Shown here piece by piece: positions 28,123 to 38,990 of a stretch of 64,000 bases of DNA; within the stretch, counting starts at the first letter, position 1; the number at the start of each line of letters is the position of its first letter. The stretch lies in NCBI GenBank assembly GCA_964016885.1, contig OZ024740.1, positions 67,890,001 through 67,954,000 on the forward strand, in the 5' to 3' direction. Below the pieces are notes generated by a model. The model ran no database searches and was not told the DNA's origin. It saw only the letters and a program-made list of their open reading frames with translations. Source of the DNA: Eledone cirrhosa. Taxonomy: Eukaryota. A program made the position numbers and the translations under genes.

Positions 28123-28128
<6 letters not shown>
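27975..28128. mobile_element. Miniature head-to-head foldback of the PLE 3' end
   Basis: Minus arm matches ~9350-9447 and plus arm matches ~9337-9390, joined at an AAC microhomology (28076-78), with TA tracts on both sides. Confidence 0.88.
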
Positions 28129-28170
<42 letters not shown>

Positions 28171-28229
28171 ATATATATGGAAGTGCGTATATATGTGTAT
28201 ATATAGATTTATATATATATGTATTCATA

Positions 28230-28570
28230 ATATAAGCATGTATACGTACATACATATATGTATACAGACGTACAGTAGTATGTATATATATATATACATA
28301 CATTCACACATATATATATGTACGTATTGATTTACCGAACATTTATTATAATGCTCGGTGTGTTTGTAAACAAACATCCCGAATTAGGCCGTACAGCGTC
28401 TAGCAACCATCGTTGCTCATTTGTTCAACACTAACATATATATATGTGTGCATGTATATATATATATACATACATACTACTGTACGTCTGTATAAATATA
28501 TGTATGTACGTATACATACTGATATTTAATTAACAGCCGTACTAAGAGTGAGAAATGAAATTTCATTTCA
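28230..28570. mobile_element. Diverged relative of the 467-bp unit (minus arm then plus arm)
   Basis: TACTGTACGTCTGTATA...GCCGTACTAAGAGTGAGAAATGAAATTTC on plus; reverse-complement pieces at 28230-28432. Confidence 0.75.
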
Positions 28571-28808
28571 TTTTTTCCGTTTATTCATAGAATGTCGATG
28601 GGAAGCTTGAAGCAATATATTTGAAAATAGATGCTGCTGGTATGAATGAATGAATTACATTTACCAATATGAAAAGTTGACTTTCGCTATATTGTTGTTT
28701 TGCTGTATTTACATATAGACTTCTTAAGTTGTTGTAGTGTCCGTTTTCTAGCAGTTAAAAAGAAACTGAAATGCATTTCAACTAAAAGAGAGTGATAGCT
28801 GTTTCACA

Positions 28809-29242
28809 TCACTGTAGAATTTCTTTGTAGACACAGTTGTCAGCAAACAGACCCCTTTCATTTAATATGTTTATATTTTCTTTTTTTGTAACTCGTGATA
28901 GTGCAACATACATTAATTTGGGTTCATGTGGCCAGCGATAAGCTTTGCAGTGCGGACAAACAGAGGCAAAGAGACTCCCTGCATTATGTTGTGGCATTAT
29001 AGAAAGAATCATTTGCTCTTGGAAATTTCATCTGTAGGATTCTTTGCTGTTCCTTCTTCTCTGAATGTTTGGTGTATTTGATGCAAGTTGTTGTTGGTGT
29101 GTTAACTGAATTACATTTGTAGAAATTTGTTGTGATGTTGTAGAGCGAATATTGTTTGTTGATTTGCTCTCTTCTCTCTTTGTCGTTGTGCGTCTGCTGC
29201 CATGCGCTGGGATTTAGATAAGAAATGTTTTCTGCGTCCCAT
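28809..29242 (-). pseudogene. Internally deleted Helitron RepHel remnant
   Basis: N-terminal zinc-finger-like CPHCKAYRWPHE fused in frame to the C-terminal PIF1-type motif VI MYVALSRVT...NCVYKEIL*. Confidence 0.7.
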
Positions 29243-29818
29243 ATTCACTCTCTGTCATGTATGTATAAATATATGTTATCTCTACAGTGAAATCTTAGAA
29301 ATAAATATATGTTAAAACAAAAAAATAAATAACCGCTTCATCTTTCTCTTTCACTCTCTCTCTATAGAAATACCGGAAGTATTGAAATATATGTTTAAAC
29401 ATGTGTTACGAAATTTAGTAGATAAATTATGTAATATTAATTCATTATTTATTGAAAGTAATGCAACTTATTTTACAAACGGCATAACAATTATATTCTA
29501 GATGCAGTCCCGCGCTCCTTGCTTTATTATAGTTTAGATTATATTTGTTACTGTTTTCGTTCTGTAACCATTACATTAAATGAGTTTTTAAAATAAAATA
29601 AATAAATAAAACGTTATACTTGTTTTACCCTCCCATTTCCAATTAACCCGAACGCTATTATGACAGTATGTGTGTGTTTGTGTAAATGTATATGTGTGGA
29701 TGTATGTATGTTTGTGTGTGAAATTATGTGTGAGTGTATGTATATTTGTGTGAAAGTATACCCTCCCATCTACAATTAAACCGAACGCTATCATGACTGT
29801 TTGTGTGTGTGTGTAAAT

Positions 29819-31355
29819 GTTCTCTCTGTTTCTCTCATCTTCTTTCGCCCCCTCGGCCAGTTACACTTTCTCTCGACTGACCGATTACTCGCACTTCCAC
29901 TCACTCACTCTCTGCTCTGTTTCTCCCCTTCTCACTTCCTCCCGTTTGGCTTACAGTGGGTCTCTTCTTGCTTACATCTCACTCACGTCGGTCGGTCTGT
30001 ACCTCCGCTCGTTAAATCCACCCAGCTTATGCTGACCGGACATCCATGTTGCTTGTTTTTTTCCTATCTTTGGTTTGCTTTTATCCTTCTATGTTGTTTA
30101 CTTGTCCCCCTCGCTTTACGCGATTTACTGATCCCAATAACTTTTTTTAGTTATTGCTCGCACCAACCTGAGGTATATGATTTTTAATGCGATGAAATAC
30201 TAATGATGGTTGGAATATCACTGACGAAGGACTATTTTTATCATATGTAACCCATGTGCAAGCACGCAGTATTCTTCTTTCTTCTCATGTTTTTTATATA
30301 TATTTACCTCGGCTGCGTTTGTCTGTTTCTCTCTTACTGCTTGCCCGTTCTCTCTGTTTCTCTCACCTTCTTTCGCCCCCTCTGTCAGTTACACTTTCTC
30401 TCGACTGACCGCTTACTCGCACTTACACTCACTCACTCAATGCTCTGTTTCTCCCCTTCTCACTTCCTCCCGTTTGGCTTACAGTGGGTCTCTTCTTGCT
30501 TACATCTCACTCACGTCGGACGGTCTGTACCTTTCGCTCATGAAATCCACCCAGCTTATGCTGACCGGACAACCATGTTGCTTGTTTTTTTCCTATCTTT
30601 GGTTTGCTTTTATCCTTCTATGTTGTTTACTTGTCCCCCTCGCTTTACGCGATTTACTGATCCCAATAACTTTTTTTAGTTATTGCTCGCACCAACCTGA
30701 GGTATATGATTTTTAATGCGATGAAATACTAATGATGGTTGGAAAATCACTGACGAAGGACTATTTTTATCATATGTAACCCATGTGCAAGCACGCAGTA
30801 TTCTTCTTTCTTCTCATGTTTTTTATATATATTTACCTCGGCTGCGTTTGTCTGTTTCTCTCTTACTGCTTGCCCGTTCTCTCTGTTTCTCTCACCTTCT
30901 TTCGCCCCCTCTGCCAGTTACACTTTCTCTCGACTGACCGCTTACTCGCACTTCCACTCACTCACTCAATGCTCTGTTTCTCCCCTTCTCACTTCCTCCC
31001 GTTTGGCTTACAGTGGGTCTCTTCTTGCTTACATCTCACTCACGTCGGACGGTCTGTACCTTCCGCTCATGAAATCCACCCAGCTTATGCTGACCGGACA
31101 ACCATGTTGCTTGTTTTTTTCCTATCTTTGGTTTGCTTTTATCCTTCTATGTTGTTTACTCGTCCCCCTCGCTTTACGCGATTTACTGGTCCCAATAACT
31201 TTTTTTAGTTATTGCTCGCACCAACCTGAGGTATATGATTTTTAATGCGATGTAATACCAATGATGGTTGGAAAATCACTGAGGAAGGACTATTTTTATC
31301 ATATGTAACCGATGTGCAACGACGCAGTATTCTTCTTTCCTCTCATGTTTTATAT
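29819..31355 (+). repeat. ~529-bp tandem repeat, ~2.9 copies
   Basis: Units start near 29819, 30347 and 30876 and are highly similar; the array ends in (TA)n. Confidence 0.95.
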
Positions 31356-31373
31356 ATATATATATATATATCG

Positions 31374-32314
31374 GGCGCACCGCAGATCGCCACAGATGTC
31401 CTGTAAATAAGCGCCGAAATATCTGAATCGCGGATTACAGCTGACGAATGATTCTTCTTTTCTCCTCTCGTTCCGTCCAAACCACCATCGAAACCCTTGC
31501 TTTTAGTAACCACACAGCTCCTTTCGTTTCTTATCATACCGCTGTAAACCTCCTCTACCTGTCTTGTTCGATCTGTGTTCCCACCACACTTTCGCATCCA
31601 CTCTCCCCTTCTCCAGACCCTTCTCCTCTTACTCTCTCTCTCTCGCTCTCTCTCTCTCTCCCTCTCTCTACACATCTGTTCGGTTTGGTTGTTGACATGT
31701 TTACACGTGTCGTAAAACTCCTCTGTTCGCAATCTTTTACGACACGTTTTACCACTGTCGTAAAACCCATTTTGGATATCTCCCTTTCCTTTCTCATTCT
31801 CACTTCCGGTTGCTCCGTCTCTCTCTCTCTCTCTCTCTCTTCTACGATGGAGTTGACACGCTAACACCGTCCTTTTGTTAGCGCATCCTAGCAGGCTTAC
31901 GTCTACCAGGTTTGCTATAACTTACTTATCCTATTTTTTCCCGGTTACGCACTTGCATGTTGCTTTATCCTGTGTCTCCCCACGATGGGATGTGTTCACC
32001 TGCTTTTATCTCCTGTTTCTCCTTTTTCTTCTTCTTTCTCTTTTCTCACCACATGTCCCCCTTTGTTCTTCTTCCTCTTTTCCTTCTTTTTCCCTCCTTT
32101 TCTCTTCTTTTCCTCCTGGCCTTTTGGTTAAGAAAAGGCCTCAGGCGCACGGCGGATCGCTACAGATGTCCTGTAAATAAGCGCCGAAATATCTGGATCA
32201 CGGATTACAGCTGACGAAGAATTCTTGCTTCTTTTCTCCTCTTGTTCCGTCCAAACCACCACCCTAAACCTTGTTTTTTTTATTAACCGCACAGCTCATT
32301 TCATTTCTTATCAT
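31374..32314 (+). mobile_element. Non-coding element with ~165-bp diverged direct repeats (770-bp period)
   Basis: 31374-31537 is repeated at 32144-32314; (TA)n on both sides. Confidence 0.7.
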
Positions 32315-32316
32315 TT

Positions 32317-32394
<78 letters not shown>

Positions 32395-32761
32395 GACATA
32401 TGCTTGCGTGTGTATGTATATATATGTATGTTGTGAATATACTAAGCTTTAGATTTAGTAGAATGTACAACCATTGATTCCATCTATTTGGACTATCATA
32501 TATTTTGCTTTTTATTAATTCCCTGGGGAATTGGGTGACCAAATGCTTTGCTTAATTGTTTTTGTTTTTTTTATTTAAATGTTATTCTTTCTCTTAGATA
32601 TCAATTATTTTTGAAAGCAGAGCATTGGCCCTTAACATGTTACAGTAGGATTTGCAAAGCTCCTGTTGGCCCCTTGGGGCCCACTTGCCATTGGACAACC
32701 TGGCAACCTGGCCAGTCCGTCTCTAGGTGAAAGCTCTTGTGGCTAATGAAAAACTGTGTTG

Positions 32762-32803
<42 letters not shown>

Positions 32804-32817
32804 TGAAATAATAATAA

Positions 32818-32848
<31 letters not shown>

Positions 32849-32853
32849 AATAA
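32762..32853. repeat. (CTA)n(TAA)n tract at the 3' end of the Tx1 LINE
   Basis: Seen directly. Confidence 0.95.
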
Positions 32854-33099
32854 TGATTTCTTTATTAACCACAAGGGTTTACATAAAGTAGACATTAAGG
32901 ACAGTGCAGGACAATGCAGGACGGTACAAATGGGCATTTCTGCGTGTAAAAAACAAAAACAGAGGATGTAACAAAAAATAACAATGAAAAATTCCCCAAT
33001 AGGGGGCAGACTTCGGAGGGACATTTGTGGAGAAAGCCCAGTAAAAAGCCACAATGACCCTGACCACCAAGGCAAGTGCCCTCTCCCAGTTTTCCACCT

Positions 33100-36000
33100 T
33101 TAATTTACAGACACATACTCAGAGAAGGCCCATTCATTCGGGCCATACTTGCTTCTCTCACCCATCTTTCAACAAAATGCTGGGAAGAGAGCACTTCCCT
33201 CTCTACCCTGATTTTCCTTTTCAAATGAAATTTGAAAAAGTTAATCAGCACCGAAGAGGTAAGTGCTCGTCTTCAGCCCTTTCAAACGTGTCCACCATAC
33301 TATCTCTTTCGCCATGGCCACCAGACAGATAAAATCTGCCTGCCCTTCCAGGCTAAAGGAAGGGGGTGGGGCAATCCTCACGATGGACTCAGCTGATAGC
33401 TGGATCCGTCCTACACGTGACAGCAGGTGTTCGACATAAACCCACAAGTCAGCAATGCTCGGACACTGGACGAGTGCGTGCAGGACGGTTTCGTCGCCCT
33501 GCGCGCATCTCGGACATGCCCGGCTGACGGCACCTCCATGCCTGTAGAGTTTATCCCGAACTGGCAAAGCTCCTCGGTAGCACTGCCAGGCCAGGGATTT
33601 CTGGAAGTTGTCCATAGGCCCCGGCTCGAAAGTCCTTCCGAAGAGATTGGCTAGTTGATTTTCGTCGACGCCTAGAGTTTCTCCAAGTACGTCGTCGCTC
33701 TTCCCCTCCACTAATCCTCTATAGAACGCCAAGGTGGAGTTTCCACCGATCACATTGCCCGATTGGTCGAGGGCTGTGAGCACCTGAAGACATTCCAGTC
33801 TCCAAGCGCTCCCTCTCGGTCTTCGCTTGACCCAGGACTGCAGCTCCGTCAAGGAGACGAGCTGGGGAAAAACGTGTCTTGCAAACGGCGACCACACCTG
33901 ATCACCGTCGAGGAAGAGGTGGAGATGTCGTAGCCTGAGCGCGTGTCTGCGCATCATCAGCCACGGCAAGCCCAGCCCTCCACGTAGCGGGTGTTGACAG
34001 CAGATGGACCGCCTGACCATCGGAGCGCGTCCCTTCCACAAGAAGCGAAAGAGCAAACGCTCCAGCGCAGTCAGGCGGGGCTTAGGACAAGGTACGACGG
34101 TCAGGCGGTAGTAGATGACGGATGCGATGTACGCATTCGCCACCTCCACTCGACCTTTCAGGGATAGCTTCCTCTCGGCCCATTTCTGGGCGAGAGAAGC
34201 CACCCTGTTCGTCACCTCGTCCCAGTTTTTGTCCGTCTGGAGGTCTGGACCGAACCAGACCCCTAGCAATTTAACCGGTCCATTCGTCCAGCGCCCGACG
34301 ACGCTGTTGGACGGCATGGACCTGCCCCTCCAGGTGCCGAGCTGCAGGCCCACTGACTTTTCCTGGTTGATCATTGCTCCTGTCACCGCTTCGTATTCTC
34401 TTAGTGTAGTGCCGATCGCCTCGATGTGTTTGGCGTTCGACACCACTACGGTGACATCGTCGGCATATGCTGACACGGATCTTCCGCATCCTAGTTCGCG
34501 CGGGACCCCCCTCAACGTCTCCAGTTTGTGCAGTAATGGCTCGAGAGTCAATACGTACAATAGGGACGAGAGGGGACATCCTTGGCGGACCGAGCGCATG
34601 ATGTTGAACGTTCACTCTCACTACAGAGCAGATGTCGCTGTGCATGGCAGCGATCCAGCCTCTGAAGACGGGCCCAAAGCCAGCCGCCCTCAGGACTGCC
34701 GTTAGGTAACGATGGTCGACCCTATCGAAGGCTTTCGACTGATCTAAATTGATCAAAGACCCACCCGTGCCAGGTTCCCTAGCTACCCTCTCTACGATGT
34801 ATCGCATGAGGTGGAGGTTGTCGTGGATGGATCTGTCGGGAATGGCGCATGTCTGTGCCTCTCCCACCAGACCACCAACTACAAGCGCCAACCTCTTTGC
34901 TAGCACCTTGGCCAAAATCTTGAACTCTGTGTTTAGCAGAGTTATGGGCCTAAAATTATCTATGTTATCCCCCTTGTTCGGATCCTTTCTCAGCAGCGCC
35001 ACCGCTCCTCGGCTCACAGAGCTGGGAATTCTCCTGTTCTGTTGCTAGTTGCAGTAGACGTCCGCCAAGAGGCCTCCGAACAAGTTTGGCATTTGTACGT
35101 AAAGTTCATAGGGCAGACCATCCAAACCAGGCGATTTACCCCTTGTGCAACTAGTCATTGCATCCCGTACTTCAGCGGTTGTTATCGGCTTTTCGCAACA
35201 CTCCGCCTCAGTGGCCGAAAGCCGCGGCAGTCCGTCGAGGTAGACACTAAAGTCCATCCCTCGATCCGGCCCGCCACTGCCCCCGAACAGTTGAGCGAAG
35301 TGTCGCTGAAAAGCTTCACACATTTGCCCGGGATCGAGTAGCATGCGCCCGTTGTGGTCCACCAAAGACCGGATCGTGGCTTTGTTGCCACGACGCGCCT
35401 CCGCCACTCGGGCCCATTGAACGGCTTTCGTCCCCTCGTGTCTGAGAGCACGCACCCTAGCTCTGACAACGCAGCCTTCGTGCTTTGCATTGAAGAATTG
35501 GTCAAGGGCCAATTTCGCCGCAAGCACGTCGGTCGCGATGCCTTTGCTAAGCGCCTCATCTAATTTTCTAACTAATTCTCCCTCTGCTCTATTTTTCTCT
35601 ATTGCTAAAGTCTTACTAAACCTAATGGACTCTATTCTAATTGCTCTTTTCAGAGCAAACCACCACTTGTTGTTGACGATGGCCCCCGTCAACGCCCGCT
35701 TAACTAGTTCGCTAATCCGGTCTCTGTAGGCCTTGCGCGCTGGTAAGGACGCGTTTAACTTCCAGTAGCCGGGTCCTCGTCTATGAAGCCTATCTAAGTC
35801 AAGCACACAGATCACGAATTTGTGGTCCGTGTAGCTGACTATCTTGAATTGTGGACAGCCTATGCTAGACCTATCTATTTCCCTACAAAATACTCTATCT
35901 AGATATGATCTGGATGACCCTATGCGATTTCTCCAAGTCCACATTGGTACATTCGGGAAATCCATTCGGTACCTGTCAGACAGTTCAAAACGTCTGAGCA

Positions 36001-36502
36001 GGTTGGTGAGACTCTTGCACCCTCCTTCCCTATCCACTAATCCCACACAATCCCAGCTTGCATCTAAGATCCCGTTCCAGTCGCCCACTAACACTAAAGT
36101 GCGGGACGTTCCAAGAAAGGTCTCCAGACGCCGGAAGAAATCAGGCCGCCCTGCTCCTGTCGGGGCATAGACGGCCACTAACCTGAAAGCTTGCCCGTCT
36201 CCGCTGGTCACGTCCAGCACCACCAACTTACCTTCTGGGTCCAGGAAGATGGCCCGTATGGCAAGATCCAAACCTCTCCGAAAAAGCACAGCAACTCCTC
36301 CCCCCGATCCCGTACGGCTGGGAGATGCGTACACATCGTAGCCGCCGAAGATCGGTGCGTAAGCCTGTGCTTCGGAGATTCTGGTCTCGCTGATGGCCAC
36401 TACATCTATGTTTAGTGACCTGAGGTCGTTGAGCAGGTGGCCCTGCTTCCATGACGACCCCAAGCCACGCGCGTTTATGCTGCCTATTCTGAGTGAGGTC
36501 AT
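33100..36502 (-). pseudogene. LINE ORF2 (AP endonuclease + RT + C-terminal zinc finger)
   Basis: INARGL, ISET, VYAP, GDWN, YLDR, TDHK; KSPGLDG, RPITLLN, DQSKAFDRV, RQGCPLS, AYADD; CPRC..ETVLHALVQC. TAG at ~35045 and a deletion/frameshift near 34600. Confidence 0.93.
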
Positions 36503-36536
36503 GTTGAAAAGGAGTGGAAAAGATGGGAAAGACCAC

Positions 36537-38733
36537 TTACCTTACTTCTCGTAGGGGAAGGACGGCTTTTCCATCCTTTTCACTGCTTGTGGCCTCCTCA
36601 GGAAGGATGTCCTTATAAATCCTCCTGGAGAGTGCTTGTCGGAAGTCTCCGATGTCTTTGGGGAATTTTTGTTTTAGTGTCATGTACGTTTTCTGTGTGA
36701 TGCGAGTGATTTGTATGTGTGGAGGTGGTGTGAATTTTGGGGTTGTTGTGTAGTCTTTTTCTGTGATGCTGGTGTTGTGTTGGATGTAGTGTAATAATTG
36801 CTTGTTGTTCAAATTTAATTGTTTCTACTTTTGGCACAAGGCCAGCAATTACCCAGTGCATTACTGGTACTTTATTTTATCGACCCCGTAAGGATGAAAG
36901 GCAAAGTTAACCTCGGCGGGATTTGAACTCAGAATGGCAAGGGCCGTAACTCTATACGTCAAAGCATGGCGTCCGACCCTCTACCGATACTGCCAATCCA
37001 CCGCTTGTTGTTCAAATTTAATGCTGTGTAGTGTGTATCGTTTTGGTTGTTTTGTTTTGTTTGCGTTTGTTGTGGGTTTGTTTCTGTTTCGCATTTTGGT
37101 GACTGTTGTGGTGTAGGTGATGGTGGTGCTGGGGATAATGATGGTGATGGTGTTGGTGTTTGGGTTGATGGGGTTGGTGATGCTGGTGTGGATGGTGGCA
37201 TATCTGTCCTAACTTTTTTGTTTCTTAGTTTATTTGTTTCCCTCTGTATTTTGTTTTTGGAGGGGGAAGGAAGAGAATTTTTTCTTTTTTGGTTTCTTTT
37301 TTTTTTTCCGGATATCGTTTCCCACTCCTCGTCGTCACAATCTGTCTCCAGTTGTGATAGGCCGGGGAGTGGAAAATCCTCCACAGCCGTTAGTTTTGGT
37401 TGTGGTGTGGTGGATTGTGTAGGCGCTGGTGCTAGTTCTGAAGCGTTGGGTGGTGGTGGTGTTGGTTTTGCTGGTGGTGGTAGTGGTGTTGGTTTTGCTA
37501 CTGTTGCTGGGGTTGTTGCTGTTATAGTTGCTTCTGTTGTTGCTGCTACAGTTGTTGCTGCCATCTCTGCTACTGGTGGTGTTGATGGTTGTGTCACTGG
37601 GGTGGGTAGGAGAGGTGGCCTCAACCTTTTAGCCTGAGGGCAGAAAGCCCTTAGGTGGGTTCCTTCACCACAAACGACACACCTAGGTCTTTTGCCCTCG
37701 ACAATTACCGTGAGGTGGCTGCCGTCAGTGAGGTCTATTACCTCTGGGATCTCCTCAATGCTTTTTTGGTCCGCTTGGATCAGGAGTTCCATCCCAGATC
37801 CGGACCAGTTTTCCTGCTTTTCTTTTGCTACTGCTATTATTTTCGTGTTGGCTTCGATGCCGGCGAGGACAGCCGCTATTAGCCAGGGAATTTCGATGGC
37901 CGGTGGAACGTGGGTCACCCTGATCTTTACGAGTCTCTGGCCACAATAGCTTGGGACGATTGTGAGGTCGTCACTTTTTAATGGGGCCATGGAGTGTTCT
38001 CTAGCCTCCTCTGGTGTTTCAAAGAACACATCCACGGTTCCATACTTTTGCCCACATCTGATGTGGGTTTTTCTTGCCCACACATGTCCCAAAGCTTTTT
38101 GGATTTGGGACTCGGGTGCCCGTTCCACTCGGCGCGATTTTACATTTATTGTTCTATACGACACGGTGCATAGGCGCCGATGCTCCATTTTATTAGGTGT
38201 GGGGGGGGGGGGGTGAGGCTGACCCTGTACCCATCTTTCTTTACCATTTGTTTGGCATTTTCTAAATCTTCTTGAGTTACCGTGAACGCTTCGAATTGTT
38301 TTGCTACGATGGCGAAACTGAGGGTCGGTTTTATAATGTCATTGTTGTTGTTGTTGCTATCGTTAATATTAATTTTATTTTCAGTTGTGGTGGTGGTGAC
38401 GTCAGTCGTCTTTGGTGGGGAAGAGTCCATTTTGCTTGATTTCATTTCGACGTCACGAGTTAATTTATTTTTTTCTTCTTTTGTTTCTGTTGTCGCGGTG
38501 GTGGTGGTGGTGGTGGTTGTCGCGGTGGTGGTGGTGGTGGAGGGTTTAACACCTGCAGTCATTGGTAATGGCGGGAAATGAATGTCTGCCTGAGACAAAT
38601 TTAAAATATTGCTACTGCTTATATTTTTTTTTGTGTTGGCAAACGTAGTAACATTTACAATGGTGGTGTCGGCGTGAGGTGTTATTTTGTGAGGAAGGCT
38701 TTCAGCTGCTTCGTGCAGAGGGGAATTAGCCAT
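36537..38733 (-). pseudogene. LINE ORF1 (gag-like, CCHC zinc knuckle, Pro/Thr-rich C-terminal half)
   Basis: CVVCGEGTHLRAFC. Frameshift at the G-run ~38200-38213. SINE inserted at 36820-37002; the frame resumes in ORF 36537..36812. Confidence 0.85.
36820..37002 (-). mobile_element. Young full-length SINE inserted in LINE ORF1
   Basis: Perfect 20-bp TSD GCTTGTTGTTCAAATTTAAT (36800-19 and 37003-22). Confidence 0.95.
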
Positions 38734-38943
38734 TTTTTTTCAAAGAAATTTTTGGATAATAATAAAAGTTAAAATTTTGGGCACAAGGCCCCAATCTTTT
38801 TGGGTGTCCTTTTCGGAAAACAATGTATGTGTGCTTATAAACAGTTTACAATAAAATTTTCGATAAATGGCAATTTTTAAACAAACGGAAATAACAAACC
38901 TTTGCGGAGCTCTACGATAATACGATTTCCTACGTAGGTCGCC

Positions 38944-38985
<42 letters not shown>

Positions 38986-38990
<5 letters not shown>

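Larger units (their letters stand above)
27792..32725. mobile_element. hAT-like non-autonomous DNA transposon whose ends enclose nested insertions
   Basis: Left end CAGTGGCGGACTGG...GGTTGCCAGG; right end CCTGGCAACC...CCAGTCCGTCTCTA. The TSD is not convincing. Confidence 0.5.
32854..38943 (-). mobile_element. Apparently full-length Tx1/L1-clade LINE (ORF1 + APE-RT ORF2), disrupted
   Basis: Two ORFs, 5' and 3' UTRs, AATAAA near the 3' end, and (TAA)n on both flanks. Confidence 0.93.

Noticed and set aside
29498-29538. 41-bp TC...CTAG string on the minus strand resembling fused Helitron termini
   Set aside because: It is too short, has no clear subterminal hairpin, and the 3' flank is not T.
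34115-37949. Plus-strand ORFs up to 196 aa overlapping the Tx1 LINE
   Set aside because: They are antisense shadows of GC-rich LINE coding sequence with no recognisable motifs.
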